From: Glycera tridactyla
Taxonomy: Eukaryota
Direction of reading: 5' to 3'
DNA: 64,000 nucleotides
Assembly (NCBI GenBank): GCA_965644265.1
Contig: OZ286466.1
Location: forward strand, 15,252,001 to 15,316,000
Positions 26,470-38,330 of this stretch are shown piece after piece. How positions within the stretch are numbered: the stretch's first letter is position 1; every line of letters starts with the position of its first letter. The notes under the pieces are model-generated. The model ran no database searches, was not told the DNA's origin, and was given only the letters and a program-made list of their open reading frames with translations. The position numbers and the translations under genes were made by a program.

Positions 26470-27800
26470 TATCAGGCGTTCAGGAGGAACAAAAGTCTGA
26501 CACTCAATACTCTCGGGGAATCCCATAATGCATACCATGGGGACAATTCTGATACTGAGCACAAAAATCGACCGAGCCCAAGTACACACATTGATTTTAT
26601 GAGGATCATGATTCTGAGAGCTATTCGGAAGGATACAGTTGATAACTGTACACATCGGTATGGTATTGTCCGAATTTGATGCATATTCCCATAGGCTCAG
26701 ACGTGCTGCGAAAACCAAAACAAGCAAACGAATGGGCTATCAAACATATGCCCTTTTTGTGGCAGTCAGGCGAATAGCAGGCTGATCGCGTATTTCATTT
26801 CAAGCTCAGAAACCTTTCATACTGCCAGTCACAATTGAAAAAACTCCATGATCACATGCTATAGATACGTTTTTGCCGTTCTCTTCCGTATACATGGGCA
26901 TTGACAAGAGAAAGCTCTATTGGAGAGATGAAGTTTCACTGAACCATTTCGGTTGTGATGTGAATCAGAAGCGAGTGAAGAGTGGAGCTCAGACGTTGTG
27001 CCCCTTTTCAATTTCCTACACATCCCACCATACAGAAGTTGGTGCTCGATGTGTTTCGTCATTTTGGCTATTGAATCGAAAACCGGTCTGCTTCTCAGGC
27101 GGATGGGAAATCCTGTTCGACATCACACTGATTCCATGATATGATCACCACGTCACATTGAGTCCATGATATGATCACCATCCAAGTTATGAAACCAACA
27201 ATGGACGTCGATGGACATCCAAGAAAGATGGTTAGACATCCATTTGCATTTTTTTTCCAAAGATCGTCTATCAAATATCTAAAGGCCGACTTTCGTTGTT
27301 GAACCATTACATGGATGACTTTTTGATTCTCTATGGAGTGACTGAAATCGTTATTCTCTATAAATTTCCTTGTCCAACTCGATCACAGTAGTCTGTGAAG
27401 TTTGACCTGCGAAGAAATCCATGAATGAAGTCATGCAGCCACCTTGGTAATGTCTAGATAGTGAAGATGTCTGTCTCGATTCGCAAGAAAGTGATCATCT
27501 TGTCGACGGGACGGTAGATGGCAGGCAAGACGGAGGTCTGCTACTCCCATCTATCGTTGATCCTTCGAATCAATATGATGGGCGCACTCAACATGTTTAT
27601 ATTGTGAGATGGGACCCTGCCTACTGGAGGTCGACGTTGATGAAAATAAAAAAACCGTCGTAAAGTCGGAATGACGTTACAGTCGTCCCAAGGGAAGCAA
27701 TCTGCCGGTCAACGAACTTGTGGAAGAGGAATAGATGACAGAAGGTCTTCCCGGAGGTCAATGAAGGTCGAAGGGTCCTAGAGGTCGAGGTAGGTAGATC
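26470..27800 (-). pseudogene. Heavily decayed reverse transcriptase/RNase H-like retroelement fragment (possibly DIRS-type)
   Basis: Frame-hopping translation gives FIDLR.., a ..SHLTIINMLSAPIILIR segment (like SP.IFTK.L.P..LR), GFL, and downstream SDNTIPM..INVCTWARSIFVLS (RNase H-like). Many stops; family uncertain. Confidence 0.3.
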
Positions 27801-28239
27801 TCAACTCGACGGACATTGACACAGGTAAGTGCAGTGTTTGCTTGGCAGTTAGGGCTCTGATGAAAATAAAGTGAAATCTATCTCTATGTCCACGAATATT
27901 CAAAGATAATTTGATTGACGAGCGGGAGTGGGAGTTGGTAGTCCTGAATACATGCAGATAGCTGCATAACANNNNNNNNNNNNNNNNNNNNNNNNNNNNN
28001 NNNNNNNNNNNNNNNNNNNNNNNNNNNNNNNNNNNNNNNNNNNNNNNNNNNNNNNNNNNNNNNNNNNNNNNNNNNNNNNNNNNNNNNNNNNNNNNNNNNN
28101 NNNNNNNNNNNNNNNNNNNNNNNNNNNNNNNNNNNNNNCGGCTCTTGAGAGTACAACATTGGTTACAACTGTGAACAGGGCTCCTACTCAAATTGGTGAC
28201 CAAAATACACAAAGCTCGCCATTCAAGGCCAGACGTCCA

Positions 28240-28400
28240 TCATTGCACAGCTTCATACCTTCTGTGCTTCTCACTAAGGATGAGCTCTTCGTGGAAGTAA
28301 GTGAGTTGAACCTCCGTACTTCACCACTCCACTTCACCCAGGTGTGAATGAATACTTGCCTACAGGCAGTGATGGTTATGGTAAAGTGCTCAGCCCATGC
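28240..28400 (+). mobile_element. Possible tRNA-derived SINE central-domain remnant
   Basis: CACTTCACCCAGGTGTGAATGAATAC resembles the CACCCAGGTGTA.ATGGGTAC core of widespread invertebrate SINEs. A related motif occurs in reverse at about 41170-41200. Confidence 0.3.
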
Positions 28401-28471
28401 TGTTTATCTTCTGTGTTCGTGTCTGTATATCACTCAGGAAGATTAGGCAGGCTCAAGCCTGAACAGGCCTG

Positions 28472-28472
<1 letters not shown>

Positions 28473-28552
<80 letters not shown>
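28473..28552. repeat. (CA)n microsatellite
   Basis: Read directly. Confidence 0.95.
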
Positions 28553-28554
<2 letters not shown>

Positions 28555-30029
28555 ATGTGTAGGGAACCTCTGTAAGAGATTGACTGAAGCCCAAGTGTAG
28601 CCCTCATCACTTTCTTCTTTCTGTATGTCTATAGTTATAGTTGTGTTGGTGATTGATGTATGTGATTCATCTTTCCATCTTGCGGAATTAGTGATAGACA
28701 CCATTCCCCTCAGTATCCTTCGAGTGGAACGTCGTGGTATTGTTTGGTCCCGTGGAATGGCTGATATCCACCGTTATATAATCTTTTGGTAGCAGCTGCT
28801 TTTTTTTTTCGGTAGTTCTCGCTTGCTGAGAATACCACTTATACAGCTTATCAAATTTTGAAGAAAGTTGCAGTTGTAAATGGTTGATGTCACTTTTATA
28901 TCGTATACTTTTGAGATAACTTGAGCTGATTTGAATTCCGACAGCCGTTTTTGAATTTTGAGAGTGGATCCAATAGGATGATTGGTAACCTCCATACATA
29001 TGACCATAGGCAGATTCTGTATTTGAGGTTAGTCCCTGTGATACTCAATGTCATTCTTTTCACAATATTTCAAGGCAGAATCTGAGAATAACAGTCTCTT
29101 CGGAAAGGGTAGTGCGTGGGGAGATGTGAAATTCTGTGATAAGGGCCACGCTCGTCATTTCATCCTATCCCTATTTTAGTTTATGATATCTGTCCATGAA
29201 CGGTCACTTCTTCAATATATCTTCGGACAGGATTTGTTATCGTCGAATGCATTCGTGATTTTTTGTTTGTATTACCGATGCTCCCTGCGTGATGGAAAAT
29301 CAGGGTCAGGGTCAAGTCTTCAGTCATGCTGGTATAAATACAAGTTCCACTTATCAAGTGCTCCTACTACGATGGTTACCAATAATACCATGAAAGCTGC
29401 ACCTTGGACGTTCGTTAAATGACAACAACCGGCAGTATCCAAAAAATCCAACTAGGATGAGAAAGACAACACAACATTGATCAATGACTGATCATTCTTC
29501 ATGAAGTGTCGATGTGCTTCATTGATTCATATCCTACATCGGTTATTACTGGTTCATCCTGACCTCTAGTGGAGTTCGAATAGGACTCAGGTGTGATATG
29601 TTTTCATGAATATTAGATGCCTCTTCACTTCCGAAGATAGACCAAGATGACTGTATATCGTTGACACTTCTCGCCTCATTTCGAAAGAAGTTTTTGAAAA
29701 TTAGACTTCGAGGGTAGTCTACGGGTGGTGGGCTGATAACCATCTAATTCATGTGAATAGTTCCTGTGTCGTCACTGTAGTCTGAGAATAGTCTCCATAT
29801 ATTTTGTGATACCCTTCATTCTTTTATTCATACGTTGTGGTTGTGTCATATTAACCCTTGTCCCTCGATATCTTACAGGTATGTTCAAGTTAATGATAAT
29901 ATAAAATATATTCTTCCCTGAATAGGGGGTGGTGTGTGTTGAGTGGTTGATAAATGTCATTTCTTCTCCCATATCGGGAAAATAGTATCAGATGCTTTTT
30001 TTTGTACATTGCGTCTTCAGAATGAATGA

Positions 30030-31050
30030 TGATGTTCATCCGTCTTTTCTCTCTGAATTTCGGGGTGATTTCTGTAGAGTGGGACTTTTTGGTGTACCTT
30101 GCCCTATGTTTCTTGGATGAATTCCTTGTTTGTTATTCCTCTCTTCTCAGCTCCGAAATCATTCCCATAAAATTTGCGGTCTTCGACAGTCTTCTTCCAA
30201 TTCGGAAGATCCTACAAAATGGTCGATACTTACTGGCAACTCTCACAGTTTTAGAAATTTAATTGGGATGAGGTTGCATCCATCTTTCTCCCTTCCATAA
30301 TTTGAAGGTCTTCTCAAAGAAATGGTTGATATTCGCTACCGATTCTTCATGTTTGAGGAGATTTGTTGGGATGGGGCACATCCGCATTTCCTGCCATTAT
30401 AGATTGAGCACTAGAATGGTCGATATTCCCGACACATTTCCTGTATTTGAGGATTATCTGTAGCATTGGTATTACTATTCGGCTCACCAAATTTTGCGGT
30501 TAGTCATTCTTCTCTCAAGATATTTGGGTCTCGGTCGAATCGGTGTCATCTGTTATTACCCCTCTGGAATCCGGAAGTTACTTTCAGTATAACTGGTGAC
30601 TTGGCTATTCTGTTTTCTTTTTCTGGATTTGAGTGTTGTTCATGCAGAAAGAGCGATATATTTCATTATCCTGTCAAAATTTCGCAAGTAAGTTTCGGTA
30701 GGATTACTGATAACAGTTCTTCTCCCCTCCAAATTTGGAGGGCAATGTCTCCAAATGCTGGAAGCAGGTTTCAGTGAAATTGGACATATCTGTTCTCTCT
30801 ACCTGAATTTGAGCGTAGTTCTTACAGTACTGCTGATATACATTATTCTTTCTCCCAAATTAGTGAAGTTTCATTATATTTGATGTATTCCATCATTCCG
30901 CAAAACAGAATTCGGAGGCAGCTCCTGTAGATAAAGTGACATATACCATCATTATGACCATATTTGGCGGTGTTTTGTATGGTAGGTTTCATCCGCCATT
31001 TTTTCTTCAATAGTTTGACGGTGTTTTTGGTGCGATTGGCAATATTCGCC
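30030..31050 (-). pseudogene. Decayed coding remnant, possibly retrotransposon gag-like
   Basis: Purine-rich minus strand with broken frames containing LLKHEESVANINHFFEKTF (resembles the gag Q..ESV..Y..RF motif). No intact ORF. Confidence 0.2.
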
Positions 31051-31428
31051 ATTAACGGCCTCCATCTCCATTCATTCGCAGATCGAAATTGTTATCTTTG
31101 GCTTCAATTGATGGAGATTTTTGTTGTAGAAACGCTGGCTGCATGATGTAGAAGCAAGATCAGAGTCGATATAGCATGCAGTTAAGTTGCATGTTTAATG
31201 ACATTATAAAAACAACCAGCTTCCTCACCTTCAGCCAATTCATCCTCGTCAGCCATTTCTACTGATACCTACCGAATACCTTGGTGTAGCCTGCCATAAC
31301 TCGGCGGCATATCCCATGTCTCTTTGTTTGGCTCGTCTGTTCTTAGTCTTGCCAGCACCAGATTGGATATATCCTGCCACTTCAATGGAAAAGCTATGGA
31401 ATCAATGATAATTCTTCAAAATCACATA

Positions 31429-31587
31429 TAGTGGAACCTGTATTAAGCAACCAAACTTGGGAAATGAAAAGTGGTCGCTCAAGACAGGTGGTTGGTTAAT
31501 ACAGGTGAATCATAGTGAAAAATACTCTAGCGGGATATCAGAAAGTAGTCGCTTGGGACAGGTGGTTGCTTTATACAGGCTCCACTG
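31429..31587. mobile_element. pogo/Tc1-like MITE, 159 bp
   Basis: TA|TAGTGGAACCTGTATTAAGCAACC...GGTTGCTTTATACAGGCTCCACTG|TA: about 24-bp TIRs and TA TSD. Confidence 0.85.
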
Positions 31588-33109
31588 TATGTAGGAACAA
31601 TCCGCAATATTTTTGCCATGCTATTGCAAGTGCTAGTGCTTGCATAGACCTTCAGAGTCCGTCGCGAGGAATATGCCTTTACTCTTGACTTCCCTCTCCG
31701 AGTGAAGACCCACAATCTCTATTGCATGGGCGACTTCATGAAGCGCGAGTGGTGCTCATGGAACGTGAAATTACCAACCAACTAACCAATCAATCCATTG
31801 AACAGCGATGTAATGTCATGATGAACAGATGGCTCGGATGGATGACGGAAATTGTTGATGTCTACCTTTCAATTCTGGTCCTACTCAAAAATGGAAATCC
31901 TAAATACATACAGATCAAAAAGCTGTGAGACATTTGATATGTGATTCTCACAAAAGAGTAACCCCTGTGTAGAGATAACTGGGTGAAACCAAAGAGCCCT
32001 ACTACTCCACTCAACCCAGGCGTGAATAGCTGGGCATTTCAGGGAGAATAATGATGATCTAGAGATGCTCACCTCATACAGGTAACTCTGAATTTCGGGT
32101 CGTGAGCTTTCAAGGGAAATGACCTCGAACTGACCTGACGGGGAATGTCGGGTGAACCTCATAAAGATACCTGACTGTGAATCACTATATGCACATTTTT
32201 ATCGCATCGTTCGGTCAATACTCTCCAGTTGGCAACACTGGATCACCAACTAGGTCACCTTAGAAAGTCCCCTCTTCCTCACACTGTATTCAGGGATATT
32301 GATTGTAAAGTGCCTAACCCATGCAGTATACTCTGTTTTTGTGGTTGTATACTCCCCAGGGAGAAATGAAAGGATCCAGCTTGAGTTGACCTGCCAAGAG
32401 TGTGAACGAACATGCAGCTGTGCTAGTCAAGTAGACCAGATTGTAGATCACTGCACTTTACATTTTAATTTCACGTTATTACCAAGAAAATCGATCATTC
32501 ATATCATGCATTTTCATGGACACAAGATGGTTGAAACCCCCCTGTACCCATGAGAGAATCGATAAATCACTCACGGGTTAGGATATTATCTCAATATGTG
32601 CGGATGTGCAAATTGTCATAGATTACACATTTTGTGAAACATGCAATGGCTGACCAAGATTCAGCCTCTGAGAAATCAAGTGGGGTGTCATGGTTTATAG
32701 GTTGGGTGGGGTCCAGTAAGGGTTGGAGTTTTGGTGGAAGTGGAGGTGGAGGGGGTCGCGGTGGGGGTCCCCATGTCGCTCTGATCGATAGTAACGCGGT
32801 GAAAATCAATGTGAACAAATCTGTGAGTGGAATACATTGTAGGGCATGGTGGCGGCAATCGGATAACGACACTAACGTCGGAGTAACGTTGGCCGAGGTG
32901 CCATGGCTAATAACCTGGCTACCACCATAAATCAAACAGCATGCCCGCCGCTAAGCCGCAGAATAACAACTACCAACAAATAGTGACCTTTTTGTCCTCA
33001 GGTGATGGTGGCTGCTGTATGGGCGGTGGTGGATCTCTCCCTCTCTCCCCCCTTTCTCTCTCTTTCTCTCTCTCCCTCTCCCTCCATCCCATCTCTCGCT
33101 TTCTCATTG

Positions 33110-33599
33110 TCGGTCAGTCAGCCGGTCAGTCAATCGATCAACTAGTTGTACAGTCAATCAGTCAGACAGTCAGTCAGCCCATCGGCCAATCAGGCAGTTG
33201 TTCAGCAAGTCACCCAGTAAGTCAGTCGGTCAGTCAGTCAGTCAGTCGGTCAGCCCCCCCCCCCAACACACTGACTTCAACTCCAATTATCTCGAAAGCA
33301 GTTGATGCTAATTTTGATTGAGAAGAGAGGAAACATAGTACCATAGCATGGTAGTATGAAGACATCTCAAATTTTTTTTTGGAATGTTGGTTTTGAGGGG
33401 GGATTTTTTACCACGTTGAAAAGATAGGAGTCCCTTTTGGGTGTTTTAGCAATCAGTCAATAAATTGGTCAGTCAGTCGATTGATCGATTGGTTGGTCAG
33501 GTGGCCGGTCAGTTCTTTTAGCCATACCTTCAATCATCTCGTTAATAAGTTTGTCAATCAGTTAGCCAGGGTAGGATAGTCAGCCAGCCAGCCAGCCAA

Positions 33600-33635
<36 letters not shown>

Positions 33636-33671
33636 ACAGCCAGCCAGCCAGTCAGCCAGCCAGACAGTCAT

Positions 33672-33707
<36 letters not shown>

Positions 33708-33760
33708 ACAGACAGTCATCCATTCAGTCAGTCAGTCTGTCAGTCACTCATTCAATTATT
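33110..33760. repeat. Compound (GTCA)n/(GCCA)n tetranucleotide tracts
   Basis: Read directly; purest (GCCA)n at about 33580-33710. Confidence 0.9.
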
Positions 33761-34289
33761 TTTTGTGTCTCAAGAAGTCACCGGATGTAATGACGAGTTC
33801 ACACTAGGTCTGGGGCATTATTGTTCTGGGGATCCCCCACTAAGTACATGGTGCGGGTTTATTTTGAGGGAGCGGCGCATAATCATCTTCCCTAATGAAC
33901 AGACAAATTACCGACAAATACTGAGCAATGCTGATCGTCCATTTATTACTCTCCTCTCCCCAGAACCGCTCCCATCTGAGGATAGGAGCACTCAAAATAA
34001 TTTGGGTGCGCCCATTTGATTTGGTTTCCATAGCAACGTGGAGCATCTAAGCCATTACAGAGTGCATAGTTTATTGTCCTTTATGACGTCATGCAAGGCA
34101 TTCAGGCCATTCGGATGGGGGTGAAGTTTTTAGGAGTGGTCCCGAACTTTCGTTGATGCAATTTTGATACCGGTAATATAATGTGGAAATACCAATCTTC
34201 TGACTCGACACTTTGCCCGAAGCTCTGAAACCGAATTTGAACTCCTGGTACTGTTTTAATATTTGTGTGTGTGCCCTATGCTGATCTAA

Positions 34290-36130
34290 TCCTTGGAGCA
34301 CGGGTTTGAAAGTGTTGTGTGGTCCCTATGTCGATCTCATCAGACAGGAATGATTTGATAGTGATGTATGGAAACTGTGCTGATCTAATTTCTAAGACAC
34401 TGATTTGAAAGTGTTGAGTGGTCCCTATGTTGGTCTCATTAATGAGGTACAGTTTTCACAGTGCCATTTGGAACCTGGGCTGATCTTATCTATGAGACAC
34501 GGTTTTGACTGTGTTATGTGGGACCTGTGCTGATCTAATCTATGAGGCACTGTTCTGACAGTGTTGTGTTGGACCTGTGCTGATCTAATCTATGAGGCAC
34601 TGTTCTGACAGTGTTGTGTGAGACCTGTGCTGATCTAATCTATGAGGCACTTTTTTGACAGTGTTGTGTGGGACCTGTGCTGATCCAATCTATGAGGCAC
34701 TGTTCTGACAGTGTTGTGTGGGACCTGTACTGATCTAATCTATGAGACACTGTTTTGACAGGGCTATGTGGGACCTGTGCTGATCTAATCCATGAGACAC
34801 TGTTTTGACAGGGCTCTGTGGGACCTGTTCTGGTCTAATCCATGAGACACTGTTTTGATTGTGATGTGTGGCACCTGTGCTGATCTAATCTATGAGGCAA
34901 TGTTCTGACAGTGTTGTGTGGCACCTGTGCTGATCTAATCTTCCAGGTACTGTTTCGACCGTTATGTGTGGGACCTGTGCTGATCTAATCTATGAGACAC
35001 TGTTTTGACCGTGTTGTGTGGGACCTGTACTGATCTAATCTATGAGACACTGTTTTGACAGGGCTCTGTGGGACCTGTTCTGGTCTAATCCATGAGACAC
35101 TGTTTTGATTGTGATGTGTGGCACCTGTGCTGATCTAATCTATGAGGCAATGTTCTGACAGTGTTGTGTGGCACCTGTGCTGATCTAATCTTCCAGGTAC
35201 TGTTTCGACCGTGTTGTGTGGGACCTGTGCTGATCTAATCTATGAGACACTGTTTTGACCGTGTTGTGTGGGACCTGTGCTGATCTAATCTATGAGACAC
35301 TGTTTTGACCGTGTTCTGTGGGACCTGTACTGATCTAATATATGAGACACTGTTTTGGCAGTTTTGTGTGGGACCTCTGCCGATCTAATCTATGAGACAC
35401 TGTTCTGACAGTGTTGTGCGGGACCTCTGCCGATCTAATCTATGAGACACTGTTCTGACAGTGTTGTGTGGGACCTGTGCTAATCTAATCTATGAGGCAC
35501 ATTCTGACAGTGTTGTTTGGGACCTGTGCTGATCTAATCCATGAGGCACTGTTCTGACAGTGTTGTGTGAGACCTGTGCTGATCTAATCCATGAGGCACT
35601 GTTCTGACAGTGTTGTGTGGGACCTGTGCTGATCGGATCTGATCAGTGTTGTATGAAACCTTTGCTGATCTAATCTTCCAGGCACTGTTTTGACAGTGTT
35701 GTGTTGGACCTCCGGTGATCTAATCTATGAGGCACTGTTCTGACAGTGTTGCATGGGACCTGTTCTGATCTAATCTATGAGGCACTGTTCTGACAGCGTT
35801 GCGTGGGACCTGTGCTGATCTAATTTATGAGGCACTGTTCTGACACTGTGCTGATCTAATCTATGAGGCACTGTTCTGACAGTGTTGCGTGAGACCTGTG
35901 CTGATCTAATCTATGAAGCACTGATCTAACAGTGTTGCGTGGGACCTGTGCTGATCCTATTCATGAGGCACTGTTGTCATAGTGTTGTGCAAGCCTGGAG
36001 CCTATCGCATCGGAGATGTATAACTATTTTTTGAGTTAATGTTTTGATACAGTTTTGTGGGCCTATCTTCTCACTGAGGACCTGTTTTGATAGTGTCATC
36101 TAGGTGCTAGGCTGATCTGATCCTGGGGGA
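34290..36130. repeat. 50-bp minisatellite, about 35 copies, homogeneous core and degenerate flanks
   Basis: Unit GGACCTGTGCTGATCTAATCTATGAGGCACTGTTCTGACAGTGTTGTGTG at 34571, 34621, 34671 and onward (period 50). Internal hairpin CACTGT-4nt-ACAGTG. Confidence 0.97.
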
Positions 36131-38068
36131 TCCCAATACCTGCGTAGGCCTGAGGTTCTTGAGGCGAGTTTCTCAACCAGCATTATATATCACCACCATT
36201 TCCTCTACACTCCACCTAACATTCTTCATATATCGAAAGTGGTAGTCAAAAATATGAAAATGAGACACTAGAGATCCCAGAGGGGTTGCTTTTCATTGAA
36301 GTCATCTAACGGGGATTTCAAACGGGACCCGGTCTCTTCTTAGAGATCAACCGTCTTCTCATCAACCTATATTTCAGCTCCACTCCTGGGTCAATTAGGA
36401 TGCACCTTGAATGATTAGGATAGTTTATATCAGATGCGAAGACATTTTACGATTCATCTGTCCCCGACTTCTGGGAATTTTATGCACGTTTGTTTGGGAA
36501 TTACAGGCGAGTACAGGCAAACCCTCATAAAATAGGCAAGAATTGTTGAAACGATTCGCCATTGGGTGCATTATTTATTCCATTGCAAGTGAGTGAGTCA
36601 CACCCGACCCATGCTATAAAGTTAGGCGGACAAGGGGGTGGGGGTGGGTGGAGGGGGGGGGGGGGGTTAGGTTGGACAGAGAGATTGTGTGTATGCCTAA
36701 ACCTTCTTCTTCCCACCACTCGCTGAATGGACGATATTCGGAAGATCTTCAATCCCTAAACGATAGTTTCAAGAGTTTTATGTGACAAGGAAATAGAGTC
36801 TGTGATGGAAAGTGGAAAGGGAGGGATTTCGATCCACCAAAGATTGTTCATAGAGACCCAAGGACATGCAAAATCAGCGCAAGCTCTAGATCGGAAGATG
36901 TGTGAGGAATACAACATAGTGCATGCCGTTCGGGGTATCATAGGCTGGCCATGTGTATGGGAATCCGTTTCTGTAGGTGTGTTAAAGAGCCACTGCTGTC
37001 TTTTGCAAAGAGTAGGGATGGCCCCCGGCAGTGGTGCCTCTTTTCTCCAGCATTTCCAGTTTTTCAGTCTGATATAACCCAAGATGGTTGAAAGGACGTT
37101 AAACCCAAACAAACAACAAAACGTGCATGTTGACTGCAGTGCGCAGCGTGCCAGAGAAGCAGGTGAGGCTAAGTGAATGTCCTAAGACATCTGCCATGAC
37201 ATCGAGGGGCCCGGTATGACAATTCAGACACAAATATGTGGATTTTTTTTTTAATTCACAGACTCTCATGGTTTCTTTGCTGAAGTGAATGATGGAACGA
37301 GAATGGTAATTAAAAGCCAAACTCGAACCCAAACTCAAAATTTTTCTTAAGGCACCACATCATCATGAGCATATAAAACAATGTGAAAACAAAGTGATGC
37401 TCCTGAGAACTGGGATACGTTGGTGAAACTTTCGTTTCGACCACCCATCCGAAGAGGAGCCCGGCACACTATCATCAAAAGAAAATGCCTCCCGGTTGAA
37501 AGCCGCAGTATTTTCACCTGACTAGGTAGACAGGATATAAGCAGTTATTCATTTTCCCAGTATAGGGCCAAGCTTTCTTTTCGAGTTGTGAATCAAGTAG
37601 CATTCAGGTTAGCATTTGTAAGAGTGAAAACACCATGGTCAGCTGAATGCCTCACCCAGCTCATGGCTGAATGAGTAACCAAGATTCGGACTGCACGCAT
37701 GTGTGTATGTGTGCATGCGTGTGTGTATGTGTGAGTGTATGTGAGGGCGATCGTGGGTGATTATTGGTGTATGAAACAAGCAAAATGGATGTTCATGAAT
37801 CTGTGTGTATCTGAGTGTGCGCAATTGGCCATGTGATTGTTTCACTGAAGCCCAAAAGACAAATGCTTGTACCACACTCTCTGAAAGAAAGAGCGGCCAT
37901 GGACGGAAATAAGTAAAAAGTGGAAGATGGTCAGTTACATGACTGAAAATCCCTGTGAATATAGATTCAATACAAGAGTAAAGACAGAGGGATGAAGGTG
38001 GTTGGAAGATAGATGATACACATAGTTGGACACGGCCTCCGAATCATCACTAGGCATATTGACTTCCT

Positions 38069-38330
38069 GGAAATGGACTTTGAATGATGATAAGAGTCAC
38101 CATAGCAACCGGGAGGAAAGTGGTTAGAGACTAGAAGACAATTAGTTTGATGCGTCACGCTGAACATCCCTATCTATATTCGATAACAGGAAAGGGAATG
38201 TGAACCATAGTAAGAGTCACCATAGCAACCGGTAGGAAGGTGGTTAGAGACTAGGAGACAATCAGACTGAAGTGTCACACTGAAAATCACTATGTATACT
38301 CGATAACAGGAGAGGGAAAGTCAAATGGGT
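38069..38330. repeat. 120-bp tandem duplication (plus partial third copy) carrying X-box motifs
   Basis: TAAGAGTCACCATAGCAACCGG..GGTTAGAGACTAG.AGACAAT at 38091 and 38211. GTCACCATAGCAAC at 38096-38109 and 38216-38229. Confidence 0.85.

Noticed and set aside
34290-36130. CRISPR-like 50-bp periodic array
   Set aside because: The whole unit is repeated with no spacers; it is a minisatellite.
36636-36670. G-rich runs (also 7621-7640 and about 19942-19961) as functional G-quadruplexes
   Set aside because: Homopolymer or low-complexity runs are common in this window and there is no contextual evidence of function.
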